64,000 nt of DNA from an uncultured Pseudanabaenaceae cyanobacterium. Lineage in GTDB: Bacteria; Cyanobacteriota; Cyanobacteriia; PCC-9006; JAAUQQ01. Under the pieces are notes generated by a model. That model was not told where the DNA came from. It made no database searches and saw only the letters and a list, made by a program, of their open reading frames with translations. Below are positions 11,138 to 21,321 of the stretch, one piece after another (positions within the stretch are counted from its first letter, which is position 1; the number at the start of each line of letters is the position of its first letter). Made by a program: the position numbers and the translations under genes. The stretch lies in contig CALLAT010000066.1 of the NCBI GenBank assembly GCA_938002085.1, forward strand, positions 8,820 to 72,819. The letters run 5' to 3'.

Positions 11138-11899
11138 ATGAAGACGACTATGCTAAAACTCTCCACCATGGTCATGACCCTGTTGGCTATTGGGGTGGGG
11201 ATTGATCTTCAAAGCAGCGGTACCCCCCAGCAGGCCCAAAGCTTCAATAGCTTGTCTACTGCCCTCCCAAGCCCTGGGTTACAGGCTAGCAAAGTGCTTG
11301 AGCCAGTGCCTTCCACTACGCTGCATTCAGCCTTTGATCCCCTAATTATCCCCGGTCGCTCTGTAGGTCCGGTTACTGCCGATACGAGCCATGACGACCT
11401 GGTCAAAATTTTTGACCCAGCACGTCTTGCTGACGTTGAAGCTCCGATGGGAGATGGCTTTGCCCGGCCTGGAACTCGGGTTGAGCTCAGTCAGAATCGT
11501 TCTTTCACGATTGTCTGGGCAGACGCCGATCGCACCCAAGTGGCAGAGGTTCGGGATATTGGCTCAGGGTGGCGGACTCCGGAAGGAATTCGGCCCGGCA
11601 TGTCGATTGAGGAACTAGAAGCAGTCCTAGGCCCATTTCAACTCTCTGGTTTTGCTTGGGATTATGGCGGTACCGTCATGCTAGAAGGCACCACTCTTGA
11701 TAGCTATGACTCTCAGTTAATCGTTCGCCTTCAACCCACCCCCGAAGATACCCACCAAACCCAAGCATTGAGAGAAGTTCTAGGGGATGAACTGGTGGAT
11801 TCTGACCATGAAAGCTTCGATGAGATTCATCCTGTTGTAGACGAGATTATCGTGAGCCTGGCTAAGCCAAATCCATATAGTGGCCTAGGGCTATGGTGA
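11138..11899 (+). CDS. Hypothetical exported protein
   Basis: 253-aa ORF with signal-peptide-like N-terminus, followed by a strong terminator. Confidence 0.75.
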   Translation: MKTTMLKLSTMVMTLLAIGVGIDLQSSGTPQQAQSFNSLSTALPSPGLQASKVLEPVPSTTLHSAFDPLIIPGRSVGPVTADTSHDDLVKIFDPARLADVEAPMGDGFARPGTRVELSQNRSFTIVWADADRTQVAEVRDIGSGWRTPEGIRPGMSIEELEAVLGPFQLSGFAWDYGGTVMLEGTTLDSYDSQLIVRLQPTPEDTHQTQALREVLGDELVDSDHESFDEIHPVVDEIIVSLAKPNPYSGLGLW

Positions 11900-11943
11900 G
11901 CTAATTCTGCTTTTCTGAGCTGGGGAGATTTCAATGCTCTCTC

Positions 11944-11988
11944 ATCAAAAAGGAGCCGAGGTACAGCGTACCTCGGCTCCTTTTTGAT
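11944..11988. terminator. Bidirectional terminator between convergent genes (21-bp perfect stem)
   Basis: atcaaaaaggagccgaggtac-agc-gtacctcggctcctttttgat. Confidence 0.9.
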
Positions 11989-12013
11989 CCGTTTAGAAAA
12001 GAGCAATCAGTTC

Positions 12014-13273
12014 CTAAAGTTGCTCGCGAATTAGTTCAAGTGCTTTTGCATATTGAGGATCTTCAATTGTGCCAATGGCATCAGGGTCATTGGCTAGGCG
12101 CTCTTGATCATCCTTGGACAAAGCCACTTCAACGTCAGGGCTAATGCCTTTCTTGCTGATGTCTGTCCCCTTGGGGGTGTAGTAATGGGCAATGGTCACT
12201 GCAATGCCAGAACCATCAGATAGGGGATGGAGGGATTGCACCAATGCCTTGCCAAAGGTTGGACTGCCCACAACGATGGCCCGCTCATTATCTTGCAATG
12301 CGCCAGTCAAGATTTCGCTAGAACTCGCAGAGCCCTTATCCACCAAAACGGCCAAGGGAAGATCTGTCAAAGCAGAGTTGTCTGCCTTGATGTGCTCCTC
12401 TCGCTCTTCCCGATCTACGGTTTGAACAATTTCTCCTTCTTTCAGCCACATGCGAGCAATGTCAATGCCAGCATAGAGAAGACCACCGGGGTTACCCCGC
12501 AGGTCGAGGACAAATGCATCAGCACCTTCTGAATTCAGATCCTTAATGGCAGCCTGCATTTCTTCTGCGGCGTGGGCGGTGAACTGGCTGAGGCGAATGT
12601 AGCCCACGCGAGCGCCATCTTCTTGGCGGACGCTGTGCTCAACGCTGGGAATCTCAATGCGAGCGCGGGTGAGCTTGCGCACAACCTTGCGGCCTTCGCT
12701 GCGGAATTCCAGGCTAATACTGGTACCGACTTCGCCACGAATCTTTTCTGCAGCTTCTTCAACGGTCATCCCCTGGGTGGGAACGCCATTGATCTTGAGG
12801 ATTTGGTCGCCTGCCTTGACCCCAGCCGCCATGGCGGGCGAGTTTCTGATGGGAGCTGAGACCGTGAGAATCTTGGTATCTTCATCCTGAGTGAGACGCA
12901 TGCCCACACCAGAGAGTTCACCAGAGGTTTGGTTGGTCAGGGATTCATACTGCTTCTGGTCCATGAAGCGTGTGTAGGGATCCTCAAGACTCTTGAGAGC
13001 TGTGCGGAGGGCCTCATAGGCGTCTTCGCGAGTGCTGTAATCCTCTTGCAGCAAGTCACTACGGACCTCTTGCCAATTTTGAGAGTTGAATGACGGGTCA
13101 ACATATTCCCGATTCACAATCTGCCAAGCCTGATCGACGATCGCCTTGGGACTTTCTTGCCAAGCTGCTCGAACAGAACTACCCGGTGCGAGCAGTGAGA
13201 CAGAGAACGTTGTTGCGATCGCTCCCGCAAACAGCATCGCTTGGGTGGGTGAAAAGGATTTGAATAGCTTCAT
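12014..13273 (-). CDS. ctpB: Carboxyl-terminal processing protease (S41), CtpB-like
   Basis: PDZ region, LDLRGNPGGLL, SASSSEILTGAL (catalytic Ser), TFGKALVQS (catalytic Lys); the SASSSE/GKAL variant resembles CtpB. Confidence 0.85.
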   Translation of the reverse strand: MKLFKSFSPTQAMLFAGAIATTFSVSLLAPGSSVRAAWQESPKAIVDQAWQIVNREYVDPSFNSQNWQEVRSDLLQEDYSTREDAYEALRTALKSLEDPYTRFMDQKQYESLTNQTSGELSGVGMRLTQDEDTKILTVSAPIRNSPAMAAGVKAGDQILKINGVPTQGMTVEEAAEKIRGEVGTSISLEFRSEGRKVVRKLTRARIEIPSVEHSVRQEDGARVGYIRLSQFTAHAAEEMQAAIKDLNSEGADAFVLDLRGNPGGLLYAGIDIARMWLKEGEIVQTVDREEREEHIKADNSALTDLPLAVLVDKGSASSSEILTGALQDNERAIVVGSPTFGKALVQSLHPLSDGSGIAVTIAHYYTPKGTDISKKGISPDVEVALSKDDQERLANDPDAIGTIEDPQYAKALELIREQL

Positions 13274-13751
13274 GTGTATTCTGCTAGCAGAAGCGACTTA
13301 GGTAGAATTGTAATGCCTGAACTAATGATGTCGAGTGACATAAGTAACGGCATTACGTTACGTAGCAAGCGTGAACCGTTCACATAAGAATTATCTGAGA
13401 AATGTTGAAGAAATGCACCGAAATCGGCAATAGTTCAGCATTTTGACCAGATGCTCTCCCAGGTTAAAAGGAAATTTCTCAGAACCCCATGGGGCTGTGC
13501 CAGTTCCATAAGGTGGATGAAGCTCACTGAGTTCAGGTGGTCGCCTTCAGGTCAGTTCGCCGGTTGAAAATCCAACTTACGATCAACGCAAAGCTAATCG
13601 TTCTTCGAGGCTCGGGTTAATGGATCAGCTTAAAACGGCCACGCAAAATTATCCGATTTAGGATAACAAGCGTGTGAAAGCAGTTGCAGCTTCACCTACA
13701 TAGGAGAAGCCAGGCGATCGCCGCTTCCCCCATGCCATTCTCTTTAGACCC

Positions 13752-14462
13752 TTGCCCCCAGTACAAAAGTTCCGCCAAACTCGCCAATACTGCTCTATTG
13801 CCCTCCTGGCATTGGTGATGGGTTTGCTCCTCCACCGCAGCATTCAGCTCTACCAAGCTGCCCATCAGCCTATCGATGCCGTATTGGTGTTGGGCGGTAG
13901 TATTCGCCGGGAAATGGCAGCAGCAGAGCTGGCTCGTGACAATTCCCAACTGCCGATTTTGATCTCTGCGGGCTCTCCCGTTCCCTGCGTCTGGGCCATT
14001 TTTGAGCGGGAAGCTTCAGCTTCTATGACGGAGCTGGGTGATGCGGACCCCAAGTCGAAAATCTGGTTGGAATCCTGCGCAACCTCAACATTGGGTAACT
14101 ATCGCTTCAGCCTGCCCATTATGAAAAGTTGGGGGGCCCATCATATTCAGCTCATGACTTCCGGCACCCATCAGTTGAGAGCGACAGGACTGGGACGAAT
14201 TATCTTGGGTAGCCATGGGCTTTGGCTCAGCCCAACTCCAGTGGCGGAGACCGGGCGCCCTGGCAATCAAGAATCTCGGTTGAAAACCCTCTTGGATTGG
14301 TCGCGCGGACTGGCTTGGGCTTTAATCAGTCAGCTGTACAGTCCTGAGTGTGAGGGGCTAGTACGTCTCGACCAAGTTGTTTTGGAAGATTGGGTTGATC
14401 GTGATTTTGAATGTGAGCATCAAGGCCAAGTCGAGCTACCAGACCTCTTTGCAGAGCCATAA
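13752..14462 (+). CDS. YdcF/ElyC (DUF218) family protein
   Basis: DAVLVLGG, ILISAGS, STLGN, LMTSGTH..RA motifs after an N-terminal TM helix; start uncertain. Confidence 0.8.
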   Translation: MPPVQKFRQTRQYCSIALLALVMGLLLHRSIQLYQAAHQPIDAVLVLGGSIRREMAAAELARDNSQLPILISAGSPVPCVWAIFEREASASMTELGDADPKSKIWLESCATSTLGNYRFSLPIMKSWGAHHIQLMTSGTHQLRATGLGRIILGSHGLWLSPTPVAETGRPGNQESRLKTLLDWSRGLAWALISQLYSPECEGLVRLDQVVLEDWVDRDFECEHQGQVELPDLFAEP

Positions 14463-14776
14463 TCTCTAGTCACACCGGAGCTGTCGCCATGGCCCCATAT
14501 CTTTGTGGCTTTCCTCGCTTTTCAGTCATCTTCAATCTGAACGATGATGCCTCAAACCTATAGCCCCCAAGGTGTTTTGGGAAATCTAACTTTATCGCTG
14601 GTTGCTGCAACTACAGCACCCAAAAACACCAAGATCCGGGTGTTTTTGTTTCTAGTACCGTGAGTCCCCCCGCTCAGGCCGTGCATCTCCATCCGTAAAG
14701 TTTCCTGAGGCAACCCCCTTGCCAAGGCCCTTGCTCTGGAGAGCTAATTCCATTCGCTCACGATTCCTTTGCTGCC

Positions 14777-15298
14777 ATGGTGACGCAGGTTTCTTCCACT
14801 TCCGTTAATCGAGATCGCCCACCCTTGCCAGTGGTGGCGACAGGGCTTTCCCAAAGTCAGCTCAAAAGGTCTCCTATGGCGCCGCCTCCCGCTCCTTCCC
14901 TGCTGGAAGGGACGTTGTTACCTCGCGATCGCCCACTGCATTCTGAGAGTTATAACTACCAAGCCCACATCACGGGGGCAGTCTTGTTTGATAGCAATGG
15001 ACTCCCCCAGGAATACTTCACCACTTCCCAGAACAGCCTGGAAAATTGGGAGCAACTTGTTTTTCAGCTATTGGGGCTGCGCTGGTTGCTGATGTCTTCG
15101 CTAAACTTTGACAGTTTTGGTTTTGCCCGTGCTTCCAGCGGTCACCACACAGCAGTTCTGCTGCGTCAGCGAGAGACCTACCTCGCGCTCTTAACAGAGA
15201 ATCTTCAGGAAAAGGTCTACGACCTAGAGTACCGTCAGTGGCTTTTTAGCTTCAAACTGTCTGACTTACGCAGTGATGAGCGTTTTCAGTCTTTTTGA
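14777..15298 (+). CDS. Hypothetical protein, possible roadblock/LC7-like C-terminal domain
   Basis: 173-aa ATG ORF; GAVLFDSNGLP segment resembles the roadblock beta-hairpin. Confidence 0.6.
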   Translation: MVTQVSSTSVNRDRPPLPVVATGLSQSQLKRSPMAPPPAPSLLEGTLLPRDRPLHSESYNYQAHITGAVLFDSNGLPQEYFTTSQNSLENWEQLVFQLLGLRWLLMSSLNFDSFGFARASSGHHTAVLLRQRETYLALLTENLQEKVYDLEYRQWLFSFKLSDLRSDERFQSF

Positions 15299-15444
15299 TG
15301 GCGACGACGGGTGTCATCAGAAGTATGCAAGTTTTATCAACGTCTTTTTCCTCAAAGGTCTGATATAGGTCATCAAATGTCCTTTTAGATTGAGTCAGGG
15401 CTTGAGCAAGCCAGACTTCTGATGGCGTATGATGATGCGCTGGG

Positions 15445-16176
15445 CTAAATACCTTGGGGGTAGTCTTCCCAAAGGTCTGTGGATTGGCGGAGACTGCGAA
15501 ACGAGCCTCCACCCAAGATCAAATGATCCAATAGGGGCAGACCCAAAATCTGTGCTCCATGGAGTAACTGCCCCGTCAGATTAATGTCTTCGGCGCTAGG
15601 CTCGACGCTCCCAGAAGGGTGATTGTGAGCCACAATCACCCGAGTTGCGCCATTGCGAATCACTTCTCGGAAAATCTCCCTGGGGTGCGCCAAGGTTTCC
15701 GTTGCCGTGCCCACGGTAATCACCTGATTTCCAATGGGTCGGTTTTTGATGTCCAGCATCAGCACGGCAAAATGCTCCTGGCTTTCCCACATCAAGTCTG
15801 AAGCCAGGTAGGCCACGGCGGCTTCTGGACTTTCTAGGGGTAAACGCTCCAAAGGACGAGATTGGTACACTCGCTTGCCCAACTCTAGGCCCGCCAAGAT
15901 TGTGCAGGCCTTTGTAGGACCTACTCCCAGCACGGTTGTCAGTTCCGCTATGGAAGCTTCTCTGAGCACCGCCATGGGGTCGCGCTCGTTCTGCCCCAGG
16001 CTGTGGAGGATATACTCCCCCAGCCCCACTGCGGAGAGCTTTCCCGGCCCTTGCCCCGTGCGTAGCAGGATGGCTAATAACTCTGCATTGGATAGTACGC
16101 GCACTCCATCCGAAATCAGCCTCTCTCGGGGGCGCTCCGATGCAGGCAAGTCAGCAACGCGAAGGCTGTAGGTCAT
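15445..16176 (-). CDS. radC: RadC family JAB/MPN-domain protein
   Basis: [45 protein letters not shown]; ATG at 16176 ([10 protein letters not shown]). Confidence 0.95.
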   Translation of the reverse strand: MTYSLRVADLPASERPRERLISDGVRVLSNAELLAILLRTGQGPGKLSAVGLGEYILHSLGQNERDPMAVLREASIAELTTVLGVGPTKACTILAGLELGKRVYQSRPLERLPLESPEAAVAYLASDLMWESQEHFAVLMLDIKNRPIGNQVITVGTATETLAHPREIFREVIRNGATRVIVAHNHPSGSVEPSAEDINLTGQLLHGAQILGLPLLDHLILGGGSFRSLRQSTDLWEDYPQGI

Positions 16177-16417
16177 GTGGCTATTCTTTCCTGGGATGGC
16201 GATTGATTGCTTCGTCAATGGCGCCCCTGGACTCAAGATTGGCTGAGGAGTCAATCTCTAGAAATAGTACATAAGAACTTTTGGAATTCCGTATAAAGTT
16301 GAAATTTTGCTCCTCACTCTCGGCTAGCGAGCCGGTTTCGGATTGATCGCAAAAAGGCCTCCCGACAGTGCGAGAAGCCTTTCATTGCTGATGGTCAGAA
16401 CATTGCCTACCGGGGCT

Positions 16418-17731
16418 TTACCAAGAAGGTGATTCCCAATCACTTCCAACTCGGATCGTCAGCTCTGATTCCAAATGTCCTGTAGAGGCTGAGTCAATTT
16501 GGCCAAGGGATAGGCGACGCTCTACCAGCTTGGCGGCATCTAAGTCGCCCTGTTGAACGATGATTGAAGTTTCTTCGACAATATCGGGCCAGTCATTAAC
16601 CACATAGACCGAGCTGAAGCCTAGCTCCCTTAGGTGATCGGCCATGTGGTAGGCCTGATCTGCATAGGTCGAGGCATTTTGAACTGCGATCGCCACATCA
16701 TAAGGCGATTGGCTGCTGGAAACATTATCCCAACTGCGATCGTCCTGGGCCCAGCGACTCTGGGGCTCCACATTGAAATAGGAAGACAAGATGTCGTCCC
16801 GTTTAAACTCATCCATAATCCAGTAGCTGGAATTGAATTCTCCATACTCACTGGCCCGACCCGGTAGCATGACCATCTGCATCTCGGCAGGTTCAAGCTG
16901 GAGACCAAAGCGGATGAGAGCCATTAGCTCATCGCCGCTGAGGTTGGTGTCGGTATAGTCCTGGGCAATGTTGAGTAGCTGAGGTAGGCGCGCCACGATC
17001 GTTGGATTGGTGAAACGCTTACGCAGGGCTTTCAACAGGGTTTGCTGACGCTGAACCCGACCAATATCGCCATAGGAGTCATTGCGGAACCGGGCAAACT
17101 GCTCAGCTTCATCGCCATCCAGGGTCTGCCAACCTTCTCTAAGGTCAATCTCCAAGCCTTGGGTGTTATCGACGTAGTACATGTCTTTGGGAACAAAGAC
17201 CCGCACCCCCCCGATCGCATCCACAATTGCTCGAAAAGCTCCTGTATTGACTCGCAGATAGCGGTCAACTTCTACCTCGTTAAAGTTGTGGGTGACCACC
17301 TCCCGAGCCAAAGCAGGCCCGCCCATCCAGTTGGCATGGTTGACCTTGGTGCGTCCATATCCCGGTACTTCAACTTGGGTATCGCGGGGAATGGATAGGA
17401 CCGAAACCTGTTCGCTACCAGGGTCTAAATGGAGCAGCAACATCGTATCGCTGCGACCTGAAAAGCTTTCTTCTGAGCCCGGCTCTACATCGGGCACTTC
17501 ATCAATGCCCATAACCAGGACATTGACCGGTCTCGCCAGGGGGCGCAATAACCCCCCTTCCTTGAGAATTTCCTCACCGTTTTCCCCAGCAATGCTTGGA
17601 CTGGGCAAGGGGAGCCAAAGGGAAGTCGCAATCCCTACGGAAGCGGCCAGCACGGCACAGGTGGCGTAGGTCGAACGCCAAAAAAGTTTTTTGAGAGTAG
17701 AGGGTTGCTGGGCCGAAGCGGATTGATTCAC
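16418..17731 (-). CDS. LCP (LytR-CpsA-Psr) family protein with LytR C-terminal domain
   Basis: GRSDTMLL, LSIPRDT, FARFR.D..GDIGRVQRQQ, C-terminal IAVQNAS...TIRVGSDW. Confidence 0.93.
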   Translation of the reverse strand: MNQSASAQQPSTLKKLFWRSTYATCAVLAASVGIATSLWLPLPSPSIAGENGEEILKEGGLLRPLARPVNVLVMGIDEVPDVEPGSEESFSGRSDTMLLLHLDPGSEQVSVLSIPRDTQVEVPGYGRTKVNHANWMGGPALAREVVTHNFNEVEVDRYLRVNTGAFRAIVDAIGGVRVFVPKDMYYVDNTQGLEIDLREGWQTLDGDEAEQFARFRNDSYGDIGRVQRQQTLLKALRKRFTNPTIVARLPQLLNIAQDYTDTNLSGDELMALIRFGLQLEPAEMQMVMLPGRASEYGEFNSSYWIMDEFKRDDILSSYFNVEPQSRWAQDDRSWDNVSSSQSPYDVAIAVQNASTYADQAYHMADHLRELGFSSVYVVNDWPDIVEETSIIVQQGDLDAAKLVERRLSLGQIDSASTGHLESELTIRVGSDWESPSW

Positions 17732-18324
17732 AGATCGCGCATTTCCGTAGTCTGGACTGGATTCAAATGTAAATAAAGCGACTCTCTGAGGCCAGGGGTT
17801 GAGCCCTCTACTGAGAAAGGTGCATTCTCCCTGTTTCGCTTTGGGTAAGGATTAATCAGGAATAATTACCTTGACTCTCCTAGTCAAGCTGAAGGTCACT
17901 CTAGATACACTAACCAGCTCTCTTGGGTTTATACAACTTTCGCTGCCCATGGCAAAAGTCTTCAGCTAACCTGGGTTCGATAAAGAATCTAATCAGCTTT
18001 TGTCAATTTCGTTTATTAAGCTAAATTGCTTTGGGTTTATATTCCTTAACTGTTCTTACTATATCCCCTTCTTCATTGCAGGTCAGGTCCAATCCAGACA
18101 TTCTCAATGGCTAGGCTGCATTGTTTGACGGGGATTGGTCTCAAAATTTGCTCGCTGGGTAAGGCTTCAGAGGTTCTGTTCTGAGCGAGCCCATGCCGAC
18201 TGACCGACTTGGGGTAGGCTAAGCCAGTCTTGGGTCATGGTCGTATAGAACAAGCTTGATCGAGCCTCCATCCTGGGCATTGTTAATTCAGTAGACTCCA
18301 AGCAGCAAAGGAAGGTTTCACGAT

Positions 18325-19407
18325 ATGGGCAGCAGTGTGGTTCAAAGCAGCCGAGTCATTCCTATGATTTTGGCTGGTGGTAAAGGCGAACGCTTCTGGC
18401 CTCTGAGCCGCCGCGAGTATCCCAAGCAATTTTTGAGCTTAGACGGGAGTGGCAAAACGTTGCTTCAGGCCACTGCTGAGCGCCTTAAGGGGATGACCGG
18501 TAGCTGGGAGGATGTCTGGGTTGTGACGGCTTCTCACCTCGCTGAGGGCGTGCGCGAGCAACTACCAGAAATGCCTGAACGCAATTTGCTGGTGGAACCC
18601 CAGGCCCAGGACACTGCCCCAGCCGTTGCTTGGGCGACCCTGGAAGCTGCGAAGCATTATGGCGAAGAGGCTATTTTGGGCTTTTTCCCTGCGGATCATT
18701 GGATTGAAGACGAGCAAGCGTTCTTCGAGACCGTCAATGCTGCTGCGGAGCTGAGTGCCAAGCAGGGGGCGATCGCCACCCTTGGCATCAAGCCCACCTT
18801 TGCTTCCACAGGCTACGGCTACATCGAGCAGGGCGATGCCTTGGGAGAGTTTGGTGGCTTGCCTGCCCACAAGGTCAGCCGCTTTACTGAAAAGCCCGAT
18901 GCGCCCAAGGCCCAAGAATTCATCGACAGTGGTCGCTTCAGCTGGAACGGTGGCATGTTCATCTTCCAGATCGCCACAGCCCTCGCTGAGCTGCGCACCC
19001 ATGCTCCTGAAATCATGGGGCCTCTGGAGGAAAAGGGCGTTGATGCCTATCCCAGCTTGACCAAGCTGAGCATCGACTATGCCTTGATGGAGAAAACCGA
19101 CCGGGCCTGTGTGGTGCCCATTACCTTTGGTTGGGATGATCTGGGGGATTGGAATGCGATCGAGCGGTTGCTCAAGCAAGAATCTGACAACAATGTTGAA
19201 CTTTGCCAGCATGTCAACACAGATAGCGATGGCTGCATCCTCTACACCCAGGATGACGGTGAGCTAGTGGCCACCATTGGTCTTAAGGATGTTGTGGTTG
19301 TGCGAGCTGGAAAGGCCACTCTGATTGTGGATAAGGCTCGGACCCAGGAGATCAAGCCGTTGCTCAAGCAAATTCGCGAGAATCCTAAGTACCAAGATCT
19401 GCTGTAA
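18325..19407 (+). CDS. manC: Mannose-1-phosphate guanylyltransferase
   Basis: ILAGGKGERFWPLSR..YPKQF, FPADH, GYGYIE, FTEKPD, WNGGMF, SIDYALME, WDDLGDW. Confidence 0.95.
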   Translation: MGSSVVQSSRVIPMILAGGKGERFWPLSRREYPKQFLSLDGSGKTLLQATAERLKGMTGSWEDVWVVTASHLAEGVREQLPEMPERNLLVEPQAQDTAPAVAWATLEAAKHYGEEAILGFFPADHWIEDEQAFFETVNAAAELSAKQGAIATLGIKPTFASTGYGYIEQGDALGEFGGLPAHKVSRFTEKPDAPKAQEFIDSGRFSWNGGMFIFQIATALAELRTHAPEIMGPLEEKGVDAYPSLTKLSIDYALMEKTDRACVVPITFGWDDLGDWNAIERLLKQESDNNVELCQHVNTDSDGCILYTQDDGELVATIGLKDVVVVRAGKATLIVDKARTQEIKPLLKQIRENPKYQDLL

Positions 19408-19605
19408 ATTCTCAGTGCCTGGCCGTTTGAACATCCTACCTAGGGGCAGAGTCTGCTCTGGCAATGTCTAGATTCATAGCGTTATGGGCGGAGAGACCCT
19501 GCCCGTAACGCAGCATTGGTCTGAAGTTAATTCTTCTAAATTCCATTTTCCAAAGCTTTTCGTAGGTACACTTGTGCTATTGCGATAGTCGATGGAATTT
19601 AGCCA

Positions 19606-20244
19606 ATGGTCTTTCTCCAGGATGCAGCGGGCCACGATTGCCTTGAGCTGGGCAAAGTCGTCAAGTCCAATTCCCACTGCGACTATGTGGTGCAGCTGCA
19701 CGATCGCATGAGTGTGGGTCATCCCCCAGAGCCCGATGATTGTGGCTTTGGTAGCTTCGTGAAGCTGGGGAATGGCGATCGCAACCCGGTCGTGGGCATT
19801 GTTTATAACTCCCAGCTGCTCAACCCGATGTTTTTGAACAATGGACCTCGACTGTCCAGTGAGCCAGACCCTGTTTTTGCTCCAGATCTGATCAATGAAA
19901 CCCGAACCCTCTTGGGAATTGTTCTCATTGGCAAGTTAGAAGGAGAAGGGGCTACGATTCATGGTGAGCAGGGAATCCCTCGAGAAGTGGTGCCGGTCAA
20001 CGCCCCTGCGGCCTGCATGAGCGATGACGAAATTTATCGCTTCCATTTGGATGGTGATGGGAACCCACAATTTCGCTATTACAACCTACTTTTACGGTAT
20101 GGCGGCAGCTTTGCCACTGACCTAACCGAGCAGGTTCTGCAGGGGCTCATTGCATTTCAACTGTTTCGTCACGAAGAACAACGGGCTTTGGAAACGCTTT
20201 GCAAAGAGCTGACCTGGCGGAACACCATGGGTAGCCTACGATAA
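19606..20244 (+). CDS. Putative HAS-barrel-domain protein
   Basis: LGKVVKSNSHCDYVVQ...FGSFVK...VVGIVYN resembles HAS-barrel proteins found near HerA/NurA. Confidence 0.65.
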   Translation: MVFLQDAAGHDCLELGKVVKSNSHCDYVVQLHDRMSVGHPPEPDDCGFGSFVKLGNGDRNPVVGIVYNSQLLNPMFLNNGPRLSSEPDPVFAPDLINETRTLLGIVLIGKLEGEGATIHGEQGIPREVVPVNAPAACMSDDEIYRFHLDGDGNPQFRYYNLLLRYGGSFATDLTEQVLQGLIAFQLFRHEEQRALETLCKELTWRNTMGSLR

Positions 20245-20321
20245 ATGGCTGATTCCGCCATTGATTTGGAGGTGAACTGCTCCATTTCGAATGAGTCGCA
20301 ATAGATAAAGCAGCTTGAAAC

Positions 20322-20410
20322 AAAAAAAACCGGCAAACCCTAAAAAAGGTTTTGCCGGTTAACTGTGTGTTCCCTGTTGATGACTCGGCTAAAGTTGAGC
20401 CATCTACAAT
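20322..20410 (-). ncRNA. Candidate small regulatory RNA (5' hairpin, single-stranded linker, intrinsic terminator)
   Basis: Minus strand: stem UGUAGAUGGCUC/GAGUCAUCAACA, linker GGGAACACACAGUU, terminator ACCGGCAAAACC..GGGUUUGCCGG + U8; TATAAC upstream; no minus-strand gene needs this terminator. Confidence 0.55.
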
Positions 20411-20457
20411 ATGACTGTTATACGTCACAATTGGTCGTTTCGTACGCTACATTGCCT

Positions 20458-20473
20458 AGTGATCTGAATCACC
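20458..20473. promoter_or_regulatory. CRP/SyCRP1-like box
   Basis: AGTGA-TCTGAA-TCACC versus consensus TGTGA-N6-TCACA. Confidence 0.4.
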
Positions 20474-20773
20474 TCTAAGCCAAAGCGCTTACTCTGGAAT
20501 GGTTTCCAGTGGTAGATGTCTTACAAAAAATCTTTAGCATTCCCTGGAATCTCTCAAGTTTTGTATCGATTTCTGGCTTCAAGGGCCTTCAATCCCATTT
20601 CGTTGATGCAACTCAAGCGTTGATGCTCGGTGGGAAATCCGCCCCCGATTATCGGCGAACCCTACTCAAAAGAAGAGAAAGGTATGCCAAACTTAAATAA
20701 GAAAGCTTTTCGATAGACTGGCTTAGAGATTCAATGCGCTTGAGTTCCAGTCGTTCCCCATTCGTGAATCCCC

Positions 20774-21253
20774 ATGGGCAATCAGTACAGTCAAGATGAC
20801 GTTCAGCAAATTCTTCGCCTAGCGATCGCGCGCCAAACCCACGAGCAAGATGACCTGAGCCGGTCTCAACTGCTCGAAATCGCTGATGAAATGGGCTTTT
20901 CTGCCCAAGAGTTGGATGAAGCTGAACGGGCCTGGCTGCTGCGCAAGGACCAGATGGGGCTAGAAGAACAGTTTGACCTTTACCGTCAGCAGCGCTTCAA
21001 ACAAAGCAGCACCAAATACCTCATCGTCAATGGCTTTTTAGTGGCACTGGATCTAATGGCTGGGGGCGGATTAGGATTTTCGCTCTATGTCATTGTTGGC
21101 TGGGGGTTGGGACTGACCATGGAGGGTAGACGCACCTACGCTCTTAAGGGTGAGGAATACGATCGCCGCTTCCAGAAGTGGCGTCGCAAGCGTGCCTTGA
21201 AACAGTCTGTGGATGGCATCGTTAATCGAATCTTGCCTGCATCCCTCTCCTAA
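20774..21253 (+). CDS. 2TM-domain protein
   Basis: YSQDDVQQIL.LAI..Q, SRSQLLEIADEMG N-terminus plus two TM helices ending WGLGL. Confidence 0.85.
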   Translation: MGNQYSQDDVQQILRLAIARQTHEQDDLSRSQLLEIADEMGFSAQELDEAERAWLLRKDQMGLEEQFDLYRQQRFKQSSTKYLIVNGFLVALDLMAGGGLGFSLYVIVGWGLGLTMEGRRTYALKGEEYDRRFQKWRRKRALKQSVDGIVNRILPASLS

Positions 21254-21321
21254 TGCATGGAAATAAATCGAATTAGGCCTGATTCCTCTTCGTGACATGC
21301 GAGACCAGCCTTCGCATTGGC

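Noticed and set aside
13344-13361. NtcA box upstream of ctpB
   Set aside because: GTAACG-N6-CGTTAC is palindromic but the spacing does not fit GTA-N8-TAC
15445-16176. radC as a marker of a mobile or anti-restriction element
   Set aside because: It is the full-length chromosomal type with the N-terminal ERPRERL region, in a housekeeping context
20322-20410. Assignment of the sRNA candidate to PsrR1, Yfr1 or Yfr2
   Set aside because: Lacks the motifs I recall for these RNAs, and my recall of their sequences is not reliable enough to name it
20147-20428. 93-aa minus-strand ORF over the sRNA candidate
   Set aside because: Runs through a terminator and T-run, overlaps the plus-strand gene and has no recognisable motif
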